A model generated the notes under the pieces. It searched no databases. It worked only from the letters and a program-made list of their open reading frames with translations, and was not told where the DNA came from. Position numbers and translations under genes: made by a program. Positions 61,339 to 64,000 of a stretch of 64,000 nt of DNA are shown piece after piece; positions within the stretch are counted from its first letter, which is position 1; each line of letters starts with the position of its first letter. This DNA is from Bigelowiella natans CCMP2755 (Eukaryota > Protista > Cercozoa): NCBI GenBank assembly GCA_000320545.1, contig ADNK01000619.1, forward strand, positions 1-64,000, in the 5' to 3' direction.

Positions 61339-62394
61339 AGATCGATTGTTGATACAGCCAGTGTAGATACTACTCTCCGTTGTACGGTATGAATGATGAA
61401 ATGACTTGCGTTTAGTCCTAAATCCTCAATTGCTACATAGCGACAACAATGAGGCGCCTCGCATGCATGCGTACGCCTAGACGACGACACGTACGGCTCG
61501 TACATGCAGTTGCTACATGGCGAGCATGCGTATTGCGCAGGCCATGCTAGCATGGCCAGGTCGTTACGCAAAGCAAAACCTTACATTGCATGCAGGAACT
61601 AAAGTAGCCGCTAAGAATAATAAACGATAGGCGGCACATAACAATGGACGTACAACGTAATATTATATGAATGCTACATGCACATTACATGTTACATACT
61701 AGCTTATGTCTAGTGCAAATATTGCTTGTGTTCAATGTCGATCATGCTAGTGAATAGCACAGTGTGTGCCGCATAGAAGACAGCCATGTGCCAAAATATT
61801 AGATGTAATGTCTACATGGTACGTGGCATGCAGCATCCAGAGTAAGATCACATCTAAACATCGCACAGACAGACAAGTGTGTGATGCGCGTGCACTCACA
61901 CGCATACAACACACATCGCAGTAGCTACAAACATGTCTGTCAAACTAGCTGTTGGCCACTCATTAATCGACGTCATCACCACACATGGATCGCAGCGACG
62001 ACACCAAACAGAGTGACGACAATCGAGAGGGAAGCTCGCGCTACTGCACGCATTGTGCTGCAAAACACCACACCATACCCACTAGCTCCACATGAAATGA
62101 AAATTTCCTACTACAATCAGTAGGTAAACATCCCAAAATTCACAACCCAAAATTTTACCCACTCTACTACTGCAGACCGACCTGCTGCTTAAATGAATTC
62201 ATTCCAGCAGGAGGTCCGCAGTAGGAGGTGAAATTGCGAATCGCATTTTTTTGACAATTTTCCTACCAAGAGCAGTGAGGAATTTTTTGTAGGGTGTGCC
62301 GCCCCTAACACAGCAGCACAACGTCGATGACATGCTAGCATGGATGCTTTCGCGTGTATGGAGCAAATGACAGCAGAAACAATTAGACAACATG

Positions 62395-62478
62395 AGCGCT
62401 GTAGCCGTTGCTCTGCATGGCTGCATTAGGATGACCATTGAAAGTGTTATTTAATCACATCATTACATTCGTCTCATA
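62395..62478. repeat. Dispersed short repeat, copy of 46735-46912
   Basis: AGCGCTGTAGCC...TGCATGGCTGCATTAGGATGACCATTGAA...ATTACATTCGTCTCATA. Confidence 0.75.
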
Positions 62479-62672
62479 CATAGTAGCGAATAAGCTGGGT
62501 TATTTATGCATAGAATCTGCTTTCATGTTATGCTCGTCGACTAATGGTGTATGAGATTATATATCATTAGCATAATGGATATATGGAGTTTTCCCACTTT
62601 AAGAATAGATTATGAATGAAACTTATATGCGAGACATAATGAATCGCTTGTAGAGTGGCGTGCGATATCCAC

Positions 62673-64000
62673 TTAAAGATCCCATCCATCATCATCAGCA
62701 TAATCTGAGGATGATTCTCCCTCGTCTCCTTCGTCAAGCATCTGGTCTCCGATATCCTCCATGGCGGCGAAGTCAACTGTGTAACGAAGGATACCTCCAA
62801 TTCCCCCGAAACCCTTGCAAAATTGCGCACCAAGTTGCGACTTATTTGTAATAAAATCCAACTTTGCCCCAAAATTCGAGTAGTTCTGAGCGAGCCATTC
62901 TAGAAGTGGCATTTTGTCTTTGACATCTAGCTTGGCCTTTGTGGACTTGTCAACGAAGTTTGAAGCAATGGTTTCCTGCTCTGGAGTGAGAAACTTGACG
63001 GATTCCTCACCTGTTTCAGCGTTCTTAACTTCTATCCTCTGGATCTCAAGATTTTCCCAAACAATCAATGTTTCGCAAGCCCCAAGATCGAGAGCGTTAA
63101 GAGTATCCTTCACACCATAGCAAAACTTTCCAGTGTCTTTGGAGATATGCTCGAAATAATCTGTTAAAAGTTTCTTCTCACGAACATATTTTACATTCGC
63201 CAGCGCATCTTGGGCGAGTTCGATCGCTTGGTTGAAACCGTTTTCCCCACCATAAGAAACGTCAACAATTTTGGTTACAATTGCAGAGAGACGATTATCA
63301 AAAAGGTCGGAGGAACTTAGTTTCTGCTTGAACTCGGCTGAACCAGCAAGGACAAGTCCAGACACATTAGGCTTATCATTGGAAATGAAGAATTGAGTGG
63401 CCATTTCAGCAACTTTCCTCACATAGTTATGACGCTTCTCAAGACGAAGGCGGGCAAAACGTAAGGCTGACTGACCACCTCGCCCGTGTTTCTTTGGTAG
63501 ATCGACAGTGAATTTGTGCAACACTGTTCTCGTATTCCCTTGAAGTACTCCAAAGAGTGAACCATTTCCATCCATCACAATGAAACCAAACTTCTCGTCA
63601 CTTTCAAGAAGTTCTGCTAATGCCTGACAAACAAACAACACAACAGCAACGATTACTCTTTTATGGATATATCTTCCATTTACGTTGCACATGCTATTTT
63701 TACCTCGGTGTGAAACTTGTTGTCACACAGATACAAGGAGGTGTTGATGGGTTTGAAAGGCTCCAAGGCAAAGGAGACTTTCTTCTCCTTATTTTCTTGA
63801 GTCAAAATTGTTCCGCAGTACAGTACAAGCCCATTGTCGGGGACTTTGCTGTAGAGTTTCAGCTTCTGTTGAACAGAAGTTATGGCACCCAAGACGGAAA
63901 GACGATTCACACGGGACTTAATATTCGATGCAGTTCCATACTCGTCACCCAGCATTTTGTTAACTCTGGAAATCTGATCCTTTGGCGGAACAATGAGGGA
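62673..64000 (-). CDS. ETF1: Eukaryotic peptide chain release factor 1 (5' part outside the window; intron 63624-63703)
   Basis: TASNIKS, YLCDNKF and [10 protein letters not shown] motifs. Confidence 0.98.

Noticed and set aside
63704-63955. eRF1 variant suggesting a non-standard genetic code
   Set aside because: TASNIKS and YLCDNKF are canonical, and genes in the window end with TAA, TAG and TGA.
1-64000. tRNA, rRNA, snRNA genes or CRISPR arrays
   Set aside because: None recognisable by eye; the only tRNA-like sequence is the PBS. Infernal or tRNAscan-SE would be needed to exclude small or divergent RNAs.

Overview
Gene-dense, intron-rich eukaryotic (protist/algal) nuclear DNA with GT-AG introns, many of them filled with microsatellites. 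The style fits an amoeboid alga such as a chlorarachniophyte, but I cannot confirm that from the sequence. Most ORF-track entries are artefacts of simple repeats, so I rebuilt the genes by manual splicing; exon boundaries are approximate. In order along the window: DUF1826 protein (-); an intact, very recent Ty3/Gypsy-type LTR retrotransposon (3055-8770, -; identical 326-bp LTRs, TGCA target-site duplication); cytochrome P450 (-); beta-propeller-like protein (+); a 6-repeat 'TPYG' protein (-); intronless purple acid phosphatase (+); thioredoxin-like protein (-); WDR53-like protein (+); MFS transporter (-); BRICK1/HSPC300 micro-gene (+, missed by the ORF track); J-domain protein (-); unknown protein (+); purine nucleoside phosphorylase (+); DEDDh exonuclease (-); ASDURF-like prefoldin microprotein (+) overlapping the probable start of a Sel1/PDZ gene (+); eRF1 (-, truncated by the window edge). 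The most notable observations are: (1) the Gypsy polyprotein ends in a degenerate Dam/DIRS-type adenine-methyltransferase-like domain and has a compact DD(27)E integrase; (2) the ASDURF-like ORF is coupled by an ATGA start/stop overlap to a gene that is not ASNSD1; (3) the TPYG repeat protein was built by triplicating an exon module; (4) a CpG-decayed repeat and TGCA/CATG-rich tracts sit specifically at gene 3' ends.
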